From Bugula neritina (Eukaryota; Animalia; Bryozoa), in the NCBI GenBank assembly GCA_964035545.1, contig CAXIUT010000303.1, positions 1-42,730 of the forward strand: 42,730 nucleotides of DNA. The letters are read 5' to 3'. The notes beneath the pieces were generated by a model. That model searched no databases and had not been told where the DNA came from. It was given only the letters and a program-made list of their open reading frames with translations. Positions 1-12,874 of the stretch are shown here, in pieces. The position numbers and the translations under genes were made by a program. Numbering within the stretch: position 1 is the stretch's first letter; each line of letters starts with the position of its first letter.

Positions 1-87
1 CCCAACCCCAACCCCAACCCCAACCCCAACCCCAACCCAACCCCAACCCCAACCCCAACCCCAACCCCAACCCCAACCCCCAACCCC
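1..87. repeat. Left telomere, (CCCCAA)n
   Basis: Tandem C4A2 from base 1; this is the Tetrahymena-type telomere repeat in left-end orientation. Confidence 0.98.
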
Positions 88-120
88 TCTATTTACATAT
101 AAAATATAATACCAAACAAA

Positions 121-500
121 TCATTGAATCATTTCCTCTCGAAGCAACCTAATATAAATTTTATCTTTTTACAAATATCTGTCAATAAAATTCATTGTTT
201 TCTTATCAGCACATTACATCAATTCACTTCTACTACAACTCCTAATATCTTTTTACAAAATCTACATAATAAAACAATAAATACTTTTTCTCTTTATTTT
301 GTTATCCACTGCACAGTAACAGCGTAAGATTTCAATTTGTCTTACCACTAACCAGCACATTACTATTTTTATTGATGTCCAAGTAAATTGTTTTAATAGC
401 ATTGCTGGATTTTAGAATAGACCTGTTTTTACATAGCTAGTTGTGGTTTAATAAATTACTAGGAATTGAGATGTTACTCAAATAGAAGTCGCCATAACAT
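121..500 (-). CDS. Small hypothetical helical protein with spaced Cys pairs (~118 aa)
   Basis: With TAR=Glu: MLWRLLFEEHL...CYENNLLGHQEKEEC...CSRSELMEC...EEMIQ*. Needs a 23-nt intron at 262-284 (GTA, A at +15, AG). Ends TGA-T 33 nt from the telomere. Confidence 0.6.
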
Positions 501-522
501 ATCAAGTTATAAAAAATAAAAT

Positions 523-2251
523 ATGGAATAAATAAATTCAAGCAATGAAAATCTATAAATCAAATGGATGACCTTCAGATAGCAATTTGCTACCTAAAAC
601 GAATCCATCAATGATTAAGGTGCCATCCAACTTATTGAAAAATGGGTCGATCATGCCCATAAACAAGAATTTTAATAATTAGATAATCAAGTCAATAGAG
701 AAACAAACTATGAAAAAAGTATTGTAGATGTGATAAAAATTGTGTTAAATGCTTAGAAATAGGGACGATGGCTTATAACTCAGAAATATAGTTTTGAACA
801 TGTAAGTACAATAGTTAAAAAAATGAAACAGGAGTATGATAAAATTATAAAATAAATATCAGAAAAGAAAGATGAAATTATATAGAAACCAGAATAACCA
901 TAGTTATAGAAAAAGGAGGAATAAGAAATAATAAAAGATGACAATATAATGATAAAAAATGAGAATAATACAACTCAATTACCAATAATAAAACCTAGAG
1001 GTAAACTATTCAATCCTGAATAGATGGCAGTATAATTTAAAGTCAACGAATAAATCATAAAATAGTATATTCCTAAAGGATCAAAGATGTTCTAAAAAGA
1101 TAACAGAACTAAACCATCTCAAATAATGAACAACAAATATTTAAAAATGGTTTTTTAAAGATTTTGTAAACAATGTTATAGCTAAAAAGGATATTTTAGT
1201 GATATTATGAAACATGGTGATAAAATGAATCTCAATAAATGGATGGTCTTTTGTAAATAATTTTAGTTTAATTAGAAGTTTCATATTAAACATTTAATCT
1301 AGTGCTATCAACAAGCGACACATTTTGCTTCGCAAATGGATTTGCAACAGTTTCTAACCGCAGTTTCTCTTTTGCAGTAAAAATATTTATAGAAGTTTCA
1401 TAAAGGAGAATAATTTATTTAAGATGTGTTGCATTTGGGGAGTTAGGCTGCTTATCGGGTTAAAATGGATAGTTTGAAAGTAAGATATGGCGGAAGAACT
1501 AAAAATAGCTTTTAGCTAGCTACCTATCCTGAAAGATTGAGGTTAGATGAGATTGCAAAAGAGAAACAATTCAAATAAAAAAGAAAATAGCGATAGACTA
1601 TCTTGATAAAAGGAATGTACTAAGATCATTTAAAGTAGGAGGTTCATCGGTTGAAATAGCGAAGAGAAAGGGATAAGATAAATAACGCAAGTAGAATTAT
1701 GAATAAAAGTTTGGTAACTTAGAGTAGAAAAGAGAAAGACAGTAATATAACAACAAGTCCTAAAATATTTAAAACATTTTGACAACATGAATTACTCTAA
1801 AATATTTCATATCAAACAAGGACCAAGAAAAACAACTAACTCATCAATGAACGGATCTCAGCAAATAACTCATATGTATAGAACTGAAGTACCTGATAAG
1901 GATAAGAAAAAAAATAGAGAAGAATCTCAGTAAAAGTTACATGAAACAATCAAATAGAAAATTCATGATCCCCCTCAGCGAGAGTGGATTGAATAGAAGG
2001 AGCCAACTTGGCTAACCCGCATTCGTAGTGATTCTGAGGAATCTGATGAAATATTGAAGGAACATATGGAGTTAGAGAAGAAACTTAACAAAGATCATTA
2101 GTTTTAGAAATTGAAAAGTCTCAAGAAAGAAATGGAGACAAAATCAACAAAAGTAGATTTAATGAAGAAAGAGATGGAAGAGGAAGATGAGGACATGACT
2201 GAAACAGGAGCCAATTTTAGAATTAATAACAGGCATACTATTATTCATTGA
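523..2251 (+). CDS. Hypothetical protein with p25-alpha/EF-hand-like domain and coiled coils
   Basis: Long TGA-free frame from ATG 523, including YLKMVFERFC...MNLNKWMVFCKEF...MDLQQFLTAV. One +1 frame change between ~1690 and 1780 (indel or 19-nt intron), then open to TGA 2249-2251. Confidence 0.7.
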
Positions 2252-2371
2252 TATATTGTTTCTTTTGATTAATTAGATAATTTATTGTAATGTAGCTTAT
2301 ATGATAATTTTTATTGTTATAGTTTGGGTTATTTATCTTCGTCAAAAATATTTTAGATATATTAGTTACAA

Positions 2372-3909
2372 ATGTAAAAAGATAAAGTGTATTGGGTAGC
2401 TATCCGTCGCTAGGACAAGAGTGTCTGGGAACGTAGAACTCCTTTGACTCCTGATGGTGTTAAAGAAGTTTTGGAAAAAAACCCTAACATCAAAATCATA
2501 GTGCAGCCATCCAAAAAAAGAATCTTTTCTGACTTTGAATATGAACAAGCAGGTGCAACTCTTTGCTAGGACATAACTAAATGCGAGCTGATATTGGGTA
2601 TAAAATAAGTACCCATTGAAAATCTTATTCCTGATAAAACATTTGTCTACTTTTCACATACTTTTAAAGTACCTTTTTTGATAGCTAGGCTCAACTACAT
2701 AACATGGCAGCCTTGGATGCGATCATTGAAAGAAATATAAGACTAATCGACTATGAAAGAATTGTTGATGAAGAAAATAAAAGATTAATTGCTTTTGGCA
2801 AGTATGCTGGCATAGCTGGAGCCATTGATTTTATGAAAGGCTTTGGAGAGTACATCATGATGATGGGAATCAGTTCTCCTTTGCTTCAATGCAATTGTGC
2901 ATACAAATATGAAAATATTAAAGAGTGTTATGATCACTTTAAACAAATTGGATAAAGAATCAAAGAGAAATTGATTCCTAAAGAACTTTCTCCTATGATC
3001 TTTGCTGTGACTGGAAGAGGAAGGACTGCTGCTGGATGCCTTGAGGTCATTGAAAATTTCCCTATCACTGTCATTAAACCAAGCTAAATCGAAGCCCTTT
3101 GGGCTGATAGAGAAAACCCTAAACACCAGAAAACTATCTATGTTACTTCTATTAACACTGAAGACTGTGTTTAGCCAAAAGATCCTTAAGCTAAATTCAA
3201 TAAGCAAGACTATTATGCCAATCCTGGAAAGTATAAGATGAATTTTAAGACTAAGTTTTTACCCTACATTTCTGCTTTGTTCCACTGCATCTATTGGGCT
3301 CCTGAGTTTCCAAAGTATATTGAAAATAAAGATCTAAAAGAACTTGCCAGTCAGAATAAGCTTCGTCTGCTTGGTATCTGTGATGTATTTTATTAGTTAG
3401 ATAGATAACTTGTGATTTAGAAGGGTCTATCTAATGCTTATAAGACTACACTCAACCTGAAAAGCCTTTCTTTTACTATGATTCTCTTGAAGATGAAAGC
3501 AATTTTGATTGTAAATATAAGTATGGAAAGGTATTGTATCTGGCTGTTGATTTCTTGCCTTGTGCTAACTTGCTACTGATGCATGTATTTTCTATTTTAT
3601 ATAGCTAATCACTTTAGTAGACTCCTTAAAGATTGGGTTCCAATGATTGCTAAAAGTGATAAAACATTACCTTTCAATTAACAAGGACTCCCTGCAGAAT
3701 TGAAGAGAGCTGTGGAGACTTGTGGTGGCAAATTTACACCAAACTATGAGTATATTCCAAATTTGAGGAAAGAAAACCTTGAAAAATCACTAGCTGCCTC
3801 TAACAAAAAGAAGAAATCTCAAGAATATGACAATACAAACTCTTTACAGCAAAATAATGTCAAAGAAGTTGGAAATATTAAAGGATAAGCTTTAGACTTC
3901 ACTAAGTGA
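2372..3909 (+). CDS. Lysine-ketoglutarate reductase (LKR domain of AASS; no SDH domain)
   Basis: Motifs IRREDKSVWERRTPLTP, FSHTFKAQ, RLIDYE, AFGKYAGIAG, ICDITCDLEGSIE, AVDFLP. 20-nt introns at 2669-2688, 3385-3404 and 3585-3604. An apparent 2-nt TG insertion at ~3561 breaks the frame. Confidence 0.93.
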
Positions 3910-3957
3910 TCAATAGAAAGATATAAATAAGATAAACAATATTTTTTAATGAGAAAA

Positions 3958-4887
3958 TCAAGCTGATCTTTAATTTTATGTTTCCATCACTTTTCTGCTC
4001 TAAGATTCACAAATACATCTCAGCATAGGAGCTGGTAAAAGACTTGTGAGATAGGACAAAAATCGATGCATATAATAACCATTTGTTTCATAATCTAGTC
4101 CAAGGTACTTGAGAGAAGCTTGGGCACATTAATTTCTTGAAGCTACAGTGCATGATTTTTTCATTTTAGAAAGATTACTTTCTACATACATTGGCCTCAC
4201 TGATAAGATATCTATTTTATCTGAATACTCCATTTCAAGAGATTGAGAAAGAAAATCATTGTAAGCTTTAGTTGAACTATAGACAGATATATAGGGTAGA
4301 GGGTTCTCTCCTGCCACTGAGGAAAGGTTAATTATGGCGCTACGTTTTTATCTTTTGATCATATTAGGTATCAACCAGTGACTAAGGAGAGTCATGGGGA
4401 GAATATTGATAGTTATTTCGTTTCTGAGTCTTTTTTCTGGTATTTAATGAAAATATCCAATATTTGAGATCCCCACATTGTTAACAAGTATCGAAACATC
4501 GATGCCCTCTAGTTCTGCATTGATTCGAGAAAAGAAGTTTTATTGCTAGCTGTTCATAAAATCAGCAATGATAAGTTTTGTTTTGATGAACTGTTCTTCA
4601 TTCTCTAATTTGATTTTTGCAAGAGCCTCTTCCATTTTAGTTCTGTTTCTAGCTATCATACAAATATTGAATCCTAGAGCAGCTAATTATTAACAAAATC
4701 CAAGTCCAATTCCATCTGAACCACCAGTTACGACAGCCCATGTATTTCGTCCATATCTTTCGGCAAAATTTTTAGAAGGAAGGACAGCTTTGATAAGACT
4801 CCAAAGGATTTTGGATATAAAAATGACAAAGACGATTCCTCCGATGACTGCCAGGAAATAGATGAATCTTAGTGCTGATTAATCCAT
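3958..4887 (-). CDS. Short-chain dehydrogenase, very-long-chain 3-oxoacyl-CoA reductase / 17-beta-HSD12-like
   Basis: N-terminal TM segment, WAVVTGGSDGIGLGFCEELA, LVNNVG, INLSS, catalytic YSSTK. 310 codons, intronless. Confidence 0.93.
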
Positions 4888-4945
4888 TATGTTTCTTATT
4901 TTTTTAATCAATTATATCAGTTGTGTAAATGACTATAGTTTTATT

Positions 4946-6359
4946 ATGGCTATTGCTCAAGAAATACAACCAAGTAGAATATTAGATTCAAGTAAGATGG
5001 CTTTAATTAATTATGTGGTTTAGAAAAAACAAGGAGTACATAATTTTTCTCAGAAGTCTGTCTTTTGGGATCGATAACATGTCTACAATGAAAAATCTTA
5101 TGCTCAGAAATAAACTGAAAGAACTTGAAACAACAAACATGAAAACTAAAACAAGATTGCTTAGATCCTAAAAAGAAATAGTCGATTTAACTTGTAAAGG
5201 TCCAACAAAAGAAACTTAAAGTAGAATTTTTAGATCATCATCAACTCATAGTTTTAGGCCTAAAGGATAATTATCAGTAATGAAGTGGAGAGTAGAAGCT
5301 TTAAAAGAAGAAGAACAGTCGAAAAAGATTTTAGTTATGAGACAACAAGTGAGATAACTTAAATAAAAATACGAAAATATGAAAATCGAACATAATTAAT
5401 TGAAAAAGAGTCTTAAATATACAAGAATTAATGAACTTCAAACTTAAAACAAAGAATTGCAATAAGAGCTTTATCGATTACATAAATTAGTAGTTTAAAC
5501 AGTAAAAATGAGAGATTAAATTTTTATTTCTTTAACAAAAGAAAGGTAAGATCGCAAATCTGGTTTTAAAAAATAGATTGATACTAAAGGTCAAGCTAAT
5601 CGTGATTTTCTGAGGTTAAAATAAGATTTATAACAGCAAATAATGAGAAATAGAGAACAAATGCTGAAAAATAGATAGTATCAAATCAACATATCAAAAT
5701 TAACAGAAAGCAATCAAAAACTTAATCACTAGAATATGAAATTAAAGGAACAATTGGCCAATGAAAGGAAAAGTAAAACTTTTATTCCTGTCTAAAGCAA
5801 AATTGAAGATAACTCTAAATTGGAGTATTCAGTTTCTGCATATGCTTAGAGTCCAACTAAAAATGTTCGTCAAAAGTAACCTGATTCAGCAGAAATTATC
5901 TCTCTTGAACTTTTAACAGTAAAAAAAGATCAATAAACCACTAATAAGAATAATGAAGAGAATAATTATTCATAGAAAAAGTTAAATGAAGAAAATGAAG
6001 AAGAAAAATCAAAAAAATAATTACCATAAGTTAAAAAATAAAAAGAAAAATAAATCAAAAAGAAAGAAAGCTACGAATAAGATAAGTAAGAAGATTTATT
6101 TGAAGAATACGAGGAAAATAAAAAATAAAAAATAGAAGAAAAAGAAAAAGAAAAAGTTGAGGAAAGAAAAAGAACGTAAGTATACGAAGAATAGTTGTAA
6201 GAATAAGAAAGTTAAATATCTGAAATCAATGAAAAGGTTGAAGAAATAAAACCAGTAAAAGTTGAATAAGAGAAAAAAGGTCAGGTTAATGATTAGATTT
6301 AGGAGATAAGAGAAGTTGATGACTCTTCAGAATATGAATACATCATGTAGGATGTTTGA
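4946..6359 (+). CDS. Coiled-coil protein resembling the IQCE N-terminal region, with acidic E/K-rich tail
   Basis: DREHVYNENLMLRNKLKEL...KTRLLRSEKE...LKYTRINELQTENKELQEELYRL. One extra A in the A-run at ~5091-5095 is needed to join the frames. Confidence 0.65.
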
Positions 6360-6391
6360 TAGTTTAATTGATAAAAGATTATATTAAATAT

Positions 6392-7176
6392 TCAACTATC
6401 TTATTAAACCTCTATTTAGATTGGTTCTTCAACCTGAAGTTGTTTTCTTCTGGTAGACAAAAATAATTCAAGATGCTCATTTTGACTGATCAAAGCATTA
6501 AGCTCATATTCCATTTTTTATGTTTGAACTACTCTTCTTTATCGATATTTTTGTTCCATTGATTCTTTCTTACTCAATATCTCTTCCTTTTTCCTTTCTA
6601 GTTGTGACTTCTTGAATTAATAAGCCTTCAGTTCTTTTTCAAGTTCGTCCATTCCATTTTCTGACTCAGATTATTTATGCAATCCGTAGTTCACTCCTTA
6701 TTCGTAAACAGTTTGATATGCAGATATGGTCATTTTTCTTTAATCTCTAACTCTTAGTAACATAAGACCCTTTTCTGGAGAATTAAGGGTAACTTGCCTG
6801 ATAATTTCATCAAACATTTAACTATACAATCTTTATTTGATGGGACATATTCCTTAAGTTCGAGCCTGCATTTGAATCAAAGTTTGTTATAGTTTTTTTT
6901 TGACAAGTTAAACATCATCTCGTTCAGGTTAGCTGTGTGATACATATTGTAAAAATGTTTACCCGTTCCTCTCCCATAATCTAGGCGGAAGAATATTGTT
7001 AAGAATATCTAAATAATCGAGGGAATACCTTAAAGAGAAGGTTTTGATTATGTAATGTTGGAATTATTGATATTTTGACGATAAGCCTCAAGTTTATGAG
7101 TGATATCTAGGGGTGGTTCATACTTAATAAGAGAAGCTGGCGCTTCTATTTAGTTCGTTTCAATTATTGGACGCAT
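6392..7176 (-). CDS. DNALI1: Axonemal inner-arm dynein light intermediate chain p28
   Basis: SLIKYEPP, DILNNILPPR, QARTEGICPIK, FDEIIRQVT, GLMLLRVRDE, MTISAYQT. 20-nt intron 7009-7028. Confidence 0.93.
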
Positions 7177-7280
7177 AATTATAAAATTTCATACTCAAAA
7201 AATATCTAAAATTATTCATAAAATAACTATAAATCATGTTTATTCATATTAGATAAAAGTTAGAGGATGAATGATGAAAA

Positions 7281-7762
7281 TCAGATTTGTTAAATCTTTT
7301 TATTGATAATTACTGGATTATCAATTTTAAGTTTTTTACGTCCTAGAGAAATAAAATCAACTGAACATTCATGATCTTCAGGCAATCGATGTTTATTACA
7401 ATATTCATTACTACAGTGTTTACAACTATGGCCTAACATCTTTGTTTTTCTACCACATTTCTAACACCTACCACTAACCTTTTCAGAGATCTAATCGGAT
7501 GGTGCTGCTCTTTTTTTACTGTTATCTTACAGCTCTGTATTTTTATTTTATTCTGAAACTATTATTTTTAATGTTTAATCTGAACTTTTATCTTTGTTCG
7601 AGAGCAGTTGTTGCTATCCGTTGTGTTACTTTCTTGATAAAAAATAAAGTACTTATAGCACAAAGAACACATTTAGTTATAAAGAGGATGGCCATACAGT
7701 TTAGTACATTTGAAGCAGAGTTTAGCCTAAAAGACGACTTCTTTGTTAGAATTCTAAGTCAT
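7281..7762 (-). CDS. A20/AN1 zinc-finger (stress-associated) protein
   Basis: N-terminal CFKC...YG...MCSLCYK and C-terminal CEKCGRK...CKHCSNEYCNKHRLPEDHECSVDF...DNPVI. 20-nt intron 7633-7652. Confidence 0.9.
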
Positions 7763-7891
7763 TCTGATAAAATTAAATATAAAACTCTAACTTTATATCA
7801 ATATAATCATCAAATTTAGCTGTTAAAATATTTCTGCTTGATATTAACTTTATTCATAAATCAAGAAGGTTTTCTTAAATTTGATTACAAC

Positions 7892-7996
7892 TGGGGTTGG
7901 GGTTGGGGTTGGGGTTGGGGTTGGGGTTGGGGTTGGGTTGGGGTTGGGGTTGGGGTTGGGGTTGGGGTTGGGGTTGGGGTTGGGGTTGGGGGTTGG
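7892..7996. repeat. Internal telomeric tract (TTGGGG)n, right-end orientation
   Basis: About 105 nt of G4T2 with no opposing C4A2 tract; it runs directly into coding sequence. Confidence 0.97.
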
Positions 7997-9829
7997 TATA
8001 TTTACTTTAGGTTTATTAAGAATGTAGTCTTATGGTGTTTTATCGAATAAAGATGAAGCATATCCCATAGATTTAATCATTTCATTGAGAATAGATTCCT
8101 AAATAACTTCATTTGAACTATTTGCTTTAAACCTATTCTAGAAAATCATTGTTTTGACTTGTTCAGGATTTACTATAAGCAATCTCCAATATATAAAGGC
8201 TTGATCTCTTATATCAGGATTATCACATTCTTATGTAGCTGATTTAAAAAGATTATTTATCAATTATTAGCATTTATCAGGAAATTTGATAAATATTTTG
8301 ATTGCTGACCTTAATATTGAAAGTTGAATTGAATAAGGTGATTTTTTGAAATCATAAATCCATTTTTTGAAAGTATTCATCGATACTTAAAATATTTATG
8401 AAGCATATTAGCCAATAAACCAAATAAATGCTTATTGCCCTTCAAAACTTGTTAAATTATCAAGAAGAGGAACAAATTAGAATAATATTTTATTACAAAA
8501 ATTAGGATACTTTCTAAGAATCTAACAAATAGTCTATATTATAAAGACTTTACAACAAGTAACTGACTGGCTATTTCCTCAGTATAGTACAAAATATGAA
8601 TGATATTGCTTATTAGTTGATCCAATAGTTTCATGCAGGATTTGATAAAATTTTAATTATGAAGGGCTATTTTACCTATAATTTCAACACATTTAACTGA
8701 AAACTTGCTATCAATGTCATAGATGTATGTCTTAAGTTAATCAAATATAATTTATTGATTTTTTTAATTTATTATTAAAATAAATATTTAACTAAATATT
8801 ATCTTTCTTACATCTTTTATTATTTTATGTAATAAGGATCAGAAAATTGACAAAAAAAACATTTTATTTCATTGTAAAAAATCAAAGGAAATTTTCTTAT
8901 CAGATATTTTATATTTTTTAGAATTATATATCTAATTTCATAACAAGATGTTGATAAGAGTGATACAAGAGCTATTCTTATTTTTTTTATCAAATTGTTA
9001 ACCACATTTTAATTAGATATAAATTATAAGTATCTGACCATTAATCTTATTGAACTAAATGCCACAGTTGGATTTTAATGCATCAAGAGAGAATCTATCT
9101 TATTGATAACCCTAAATATAAATTTATCTACATTTCAGATTGTTCTTCATCAATTAAATCATATTTTGAAAGGAAATCTAAGATATAAACTTGAGAACAT
9201 TCCATGCTAAAAGGCAAAACATGAATAATAGTTTTTAAAATTTATTCATCGATTTCGATATGGATTTGTCCTCTACTATGAGCTATTTATTAAAGAGAAA
9301 TAATGACATTAGCTATTACTTAGCCATTTTTTTCTTAAATTATAACATTTTCCAAAAGAGAAATAAATTAATTTTTTATTTATATCTTTTCAGTTTGTTT
9401 ATAAATTTTTAAGACCCCTAAAACAGCTGTTTTTCTAACATAAGGATCAGAATCTTTAAGACTTTCTTTCAGAGAGTTATAAATATATTATCCAATTTGT
9501 CTGTCATTGATTGAACTCATTGTTCTAATTGCTAGTGATTGAATAATCGGATTAGAATCTTTTGAATCCTTATTAAGTACACAAAGTGACATAAGTGCCT
9601 CTTCTACTCTGGTTTATTTTATCTTATTGAAAATTAAATAGGCTATTTTCTTTTGTTAAAGATTATTTTATGAAAATCCTCTGAGCACTGGAATAAATAA
9701 AATAACTGCATTATGATAAAGTATCTGTGAATATGCTTTTATCAAAGCCTCCTTTCTCTCTTAAAGATTTTTAGATTTCAAACCTTAATTAATGCTGACC
9801 ATCTATTTTCTATTTAAGTTTGGTATCAT
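7997..9829 (-). CDS. Divergent AP-1/2 beta-adaptin trunk, 3'-truncated at the telomeric tract
   Basis: NLEQKKIAYL, DSNPIIQSLAIRTM, DSDPYVRKTAV, FFCQFSDPYYIK, WFIGEYA, DNPDIRDQAFIYWRLL. 20-nt introns at 9112-9131, 8792-8811 and 8534-8553. No TGA before the repeat. Confidence 0.92.
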
Positions 9830-9931
9830 CAGACTAAAAGATCAGAATTTAATATATCAAAGATAATTTTTATATCACAATATAAGGCATATTAAATAAA
9901 GATAAATATATAGAAAAATCAATTATCTCTT

Positions 9932-12601
9932 TCATTGTAATGTAGACCTTTTCATTGTGATATGAATCTTTTCATTCATGCTTTTTGGTCTGTTTATTTT
10001 TGAACTATTACGACTTAAAGGTCTACCCATTTGATTTGAAATCTAAGATTCCATAGGAGACATATTATGACTATACAGTTGCTATAATGTTTATTTTGAA
10101 CTACTATGAGGTCTATCCATTTTGCCTCTTCCCCATCTATCTTCTTGGTATGGCGATTTTAATCCCTGACGTTCTGTATTGAGTATAAGTGGATTTTGTC
10201 TTTATCCTGAGGCATAATATCTGTTGTTAAAGTTGATTGCTTTGTTTTGTGTTTGTCTATTTGATGTTTATGTGATAAAATATTCTTTAGCTGGAGGTTT
10301 TGATGATATGATTGAGTGAGGTTTTTGATTAAATTGAACCTGATGAATATCTTTTTGAACTGGAGGAGGAGAAAAGTATGTAAATTTCTTTTCAGAATGT
10401 TCTCTACTCGTTGGTCTTGGTTCATATATTATATGCTGAGGAGAGTGTATTCTAGATGGTGGTCTTACAACTTGTTCTTTAGCATGACTAATAAGGTTTC
10501 CTTTTTGTTCTGTATGATATTGTGGTTGTGATACTTGTTTGATGGGAGTTGAAGGTTGTATTTGATAGATATTATTGAAATTAAGATGAGCTTTTTATTT
10601 AGAAACTGATCTATTAATCTGTTAAACTTTCCTATTGCTTTGTTCTTGATTAATTTTGCCATAAGAATAGTGATTAGGCGATTGTTGATGAAAATAATGT
10701 CTATTTTGATTGATAGGACTATTAAAAGTTTATTGCTTTTTATTTAGAGGATGAATTTGGATTGGTGGTGGTGAATGGTTGATTCTTTGAGGTTCTACTG
10801 CTATATTTATTTGAGGTTTTTGCTTTATATTATTTATATAGTTTTTATCTTATTGATTAGAATATTGATTATGTTATCTAAAACTATTTCTTATAGGAAA
10901 TGCAGTACCTTTTATAGCTTTTATTTTTGGTTATTCAGGAATAGCATAGCTACTGACAATACTTTCTTCTATTCTTTTAGTTGGACTAGGTTTCATTATT
11001 TACTTCTGTTGCTGATTTAGTATTAGATCTACTTCTTTGACTTCATCTATTCTACTTTTAAAATCTTGATTAAAAGTATTTTTTAATGTTTATTTCTATT
11101 CTTTTCCAGGAAAGTAGTAATTTTATATTTTATGAGGCATTTTTCTTTATTGATTTGATACCGTTTTCTTTAAACCTTCATTGAAGATAGCATATCTTGA
11201 TTTTAACTTTCCTGTCTGACCTCCTTCTTCATCTTTATCTGTTATCATTTTTTATTATTTATCTTTCAAAACTCTACTAAACTAAGAACTTTATCTTGAC
11301 TTGTTTGATCTGCTGGATCTTATTGTATTTTTCGATTGCAAAAGACCAAGAGCTGTCTGATAATCATGTAGAGTATTTTATATTCTATCACAAGCAAAAT
11401 CAGGAGCTTTTGGACAAACTAGATCTTACTTGATGGGTCTTTAACTTTTATTAAAAAGTCCATTTTTTCTGAGATCTTGCTATGAAACAAGAGGAAGTTA
11501 GAAGATATTAGTCCTGATTGAAAGATATCTTCTCTATTAATTAATAGTGAGTTTAATTGGTTGAGCTGATCCAATTTTTTATTCTTTCTTATTAATTTTT
11601 TTAGTAGAACTATAGTTATGTTGATACTATTAAACTAAAGACTACCTAGCGTCATGTGATAAATTGGGACTATGATTATTTTTATGTGATTTAAGATCAT
11701 TGAATGCTTCTTGGGACAACTTATCAGGAGTTGTCATGGTGTAGTGTTTACTTAAAACTTAGAAAGGATGATCAGTTGTATAGATAAGACTTTATTCTAT
11801 TTGATTAGGATGTAAATTAAGAGATATTGATTTTTAGTTGGGATGATCTGATAAATAAAAATGTGATATTTATTGATTTTTTTATGCAGAAACAGGTGAT
11901 AATTCTAAAGATTGTTTTATTTTTGAAAATTATTATATTTATTTCAAAACATTGCTTTTTAGTATAAGAATTTTAAATTATAGCCAGCCTTTTATATTAT
12001 TAGCCCCTTACTTGTATCGTTATATCATTTAGACTTTCTTTTTAAGTTAGCGTTATTGTTTTTATTTTTAGTTTTTTGTTGAAATAGTTGACCCACTATG
12101 AAAGCTAGAGTTTTTTTTCAATATAGTTACTTATTTTTTAGTCTTACTTTATTTTTTAAATTTATTTAAGCACTCTTTCAATCTATTTGTTACTAAATTT
12201 GATACAATTTAATAAAATGAAGTCAGATTAGTGAAGTTATAGGTTAGAGCAGGTTTATTCTGGTTTTTCTTTTTGAAAGGAAGACCATAATGGTTATCAA
12301 TGTTCTATATTTTTTGTTGATATTATTAAAAATAATGATTGCTGGCAGTTCCATAGGAATTTACTTCTGATATCTAGAAAATATGTTTTTATTTTTTTAT
12401 ATCAGCAGTTGGATGAGTTGGTTGTTAGAGTTTTTATTCAGAAACAACTTCGATTATCGAAGAAGCGTACCTTAGAAACATGGGATCAAAGGAATTAGAA
12501 GCCTCCTCTTAGGGTTTTTTATTAAGAGAAGATGAGTGAGTTGATTTTTGTGAGTCTAGTGGAAATGCGTAAGAATATTTATCTACTTTGTTTTTTTCCA
12601 T
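9932..12601 (-). CDS. Large low-complexity (S/N/Q/K/P-rich) hypothetical protein
   Basis: About 2.6 kb of TGA-free frames from ATG 12601. Requires a candidate 23-nt intron (12342-12364) or an indel, plus a +1 A at ~11250. The exact C-terminus is uncertain. Confidence 0.6.
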
Positions 12602-12874
12602 TTATTTTTATTATAAAAATTATCGCTGATTAATGTTAAATTCTTCTGAAAGAATGTTGTTAGAAACACTTTTTTTGTACTATTTATTTCCATATTTTGT
12701 TTAAAACTTTCACCCACAAAATTAAAAAATATTTATTCTCTTATGCATTATTATTAATAACACAATATAGAATTCATATTATCTTTATTTTAAAGAGTAA
12801 AAATTTCAAGAATATCCATTATTATTGGACATTTTTTTATTACTATCATATCAAAATGATTTATTAATGTTTTT

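Noticed and set aside
7850-7891. Conserved chromosome-breakage motif next to telomere addition sites
   Set aside because: The four telomere-adjacent flanks show no shared motif by eye.
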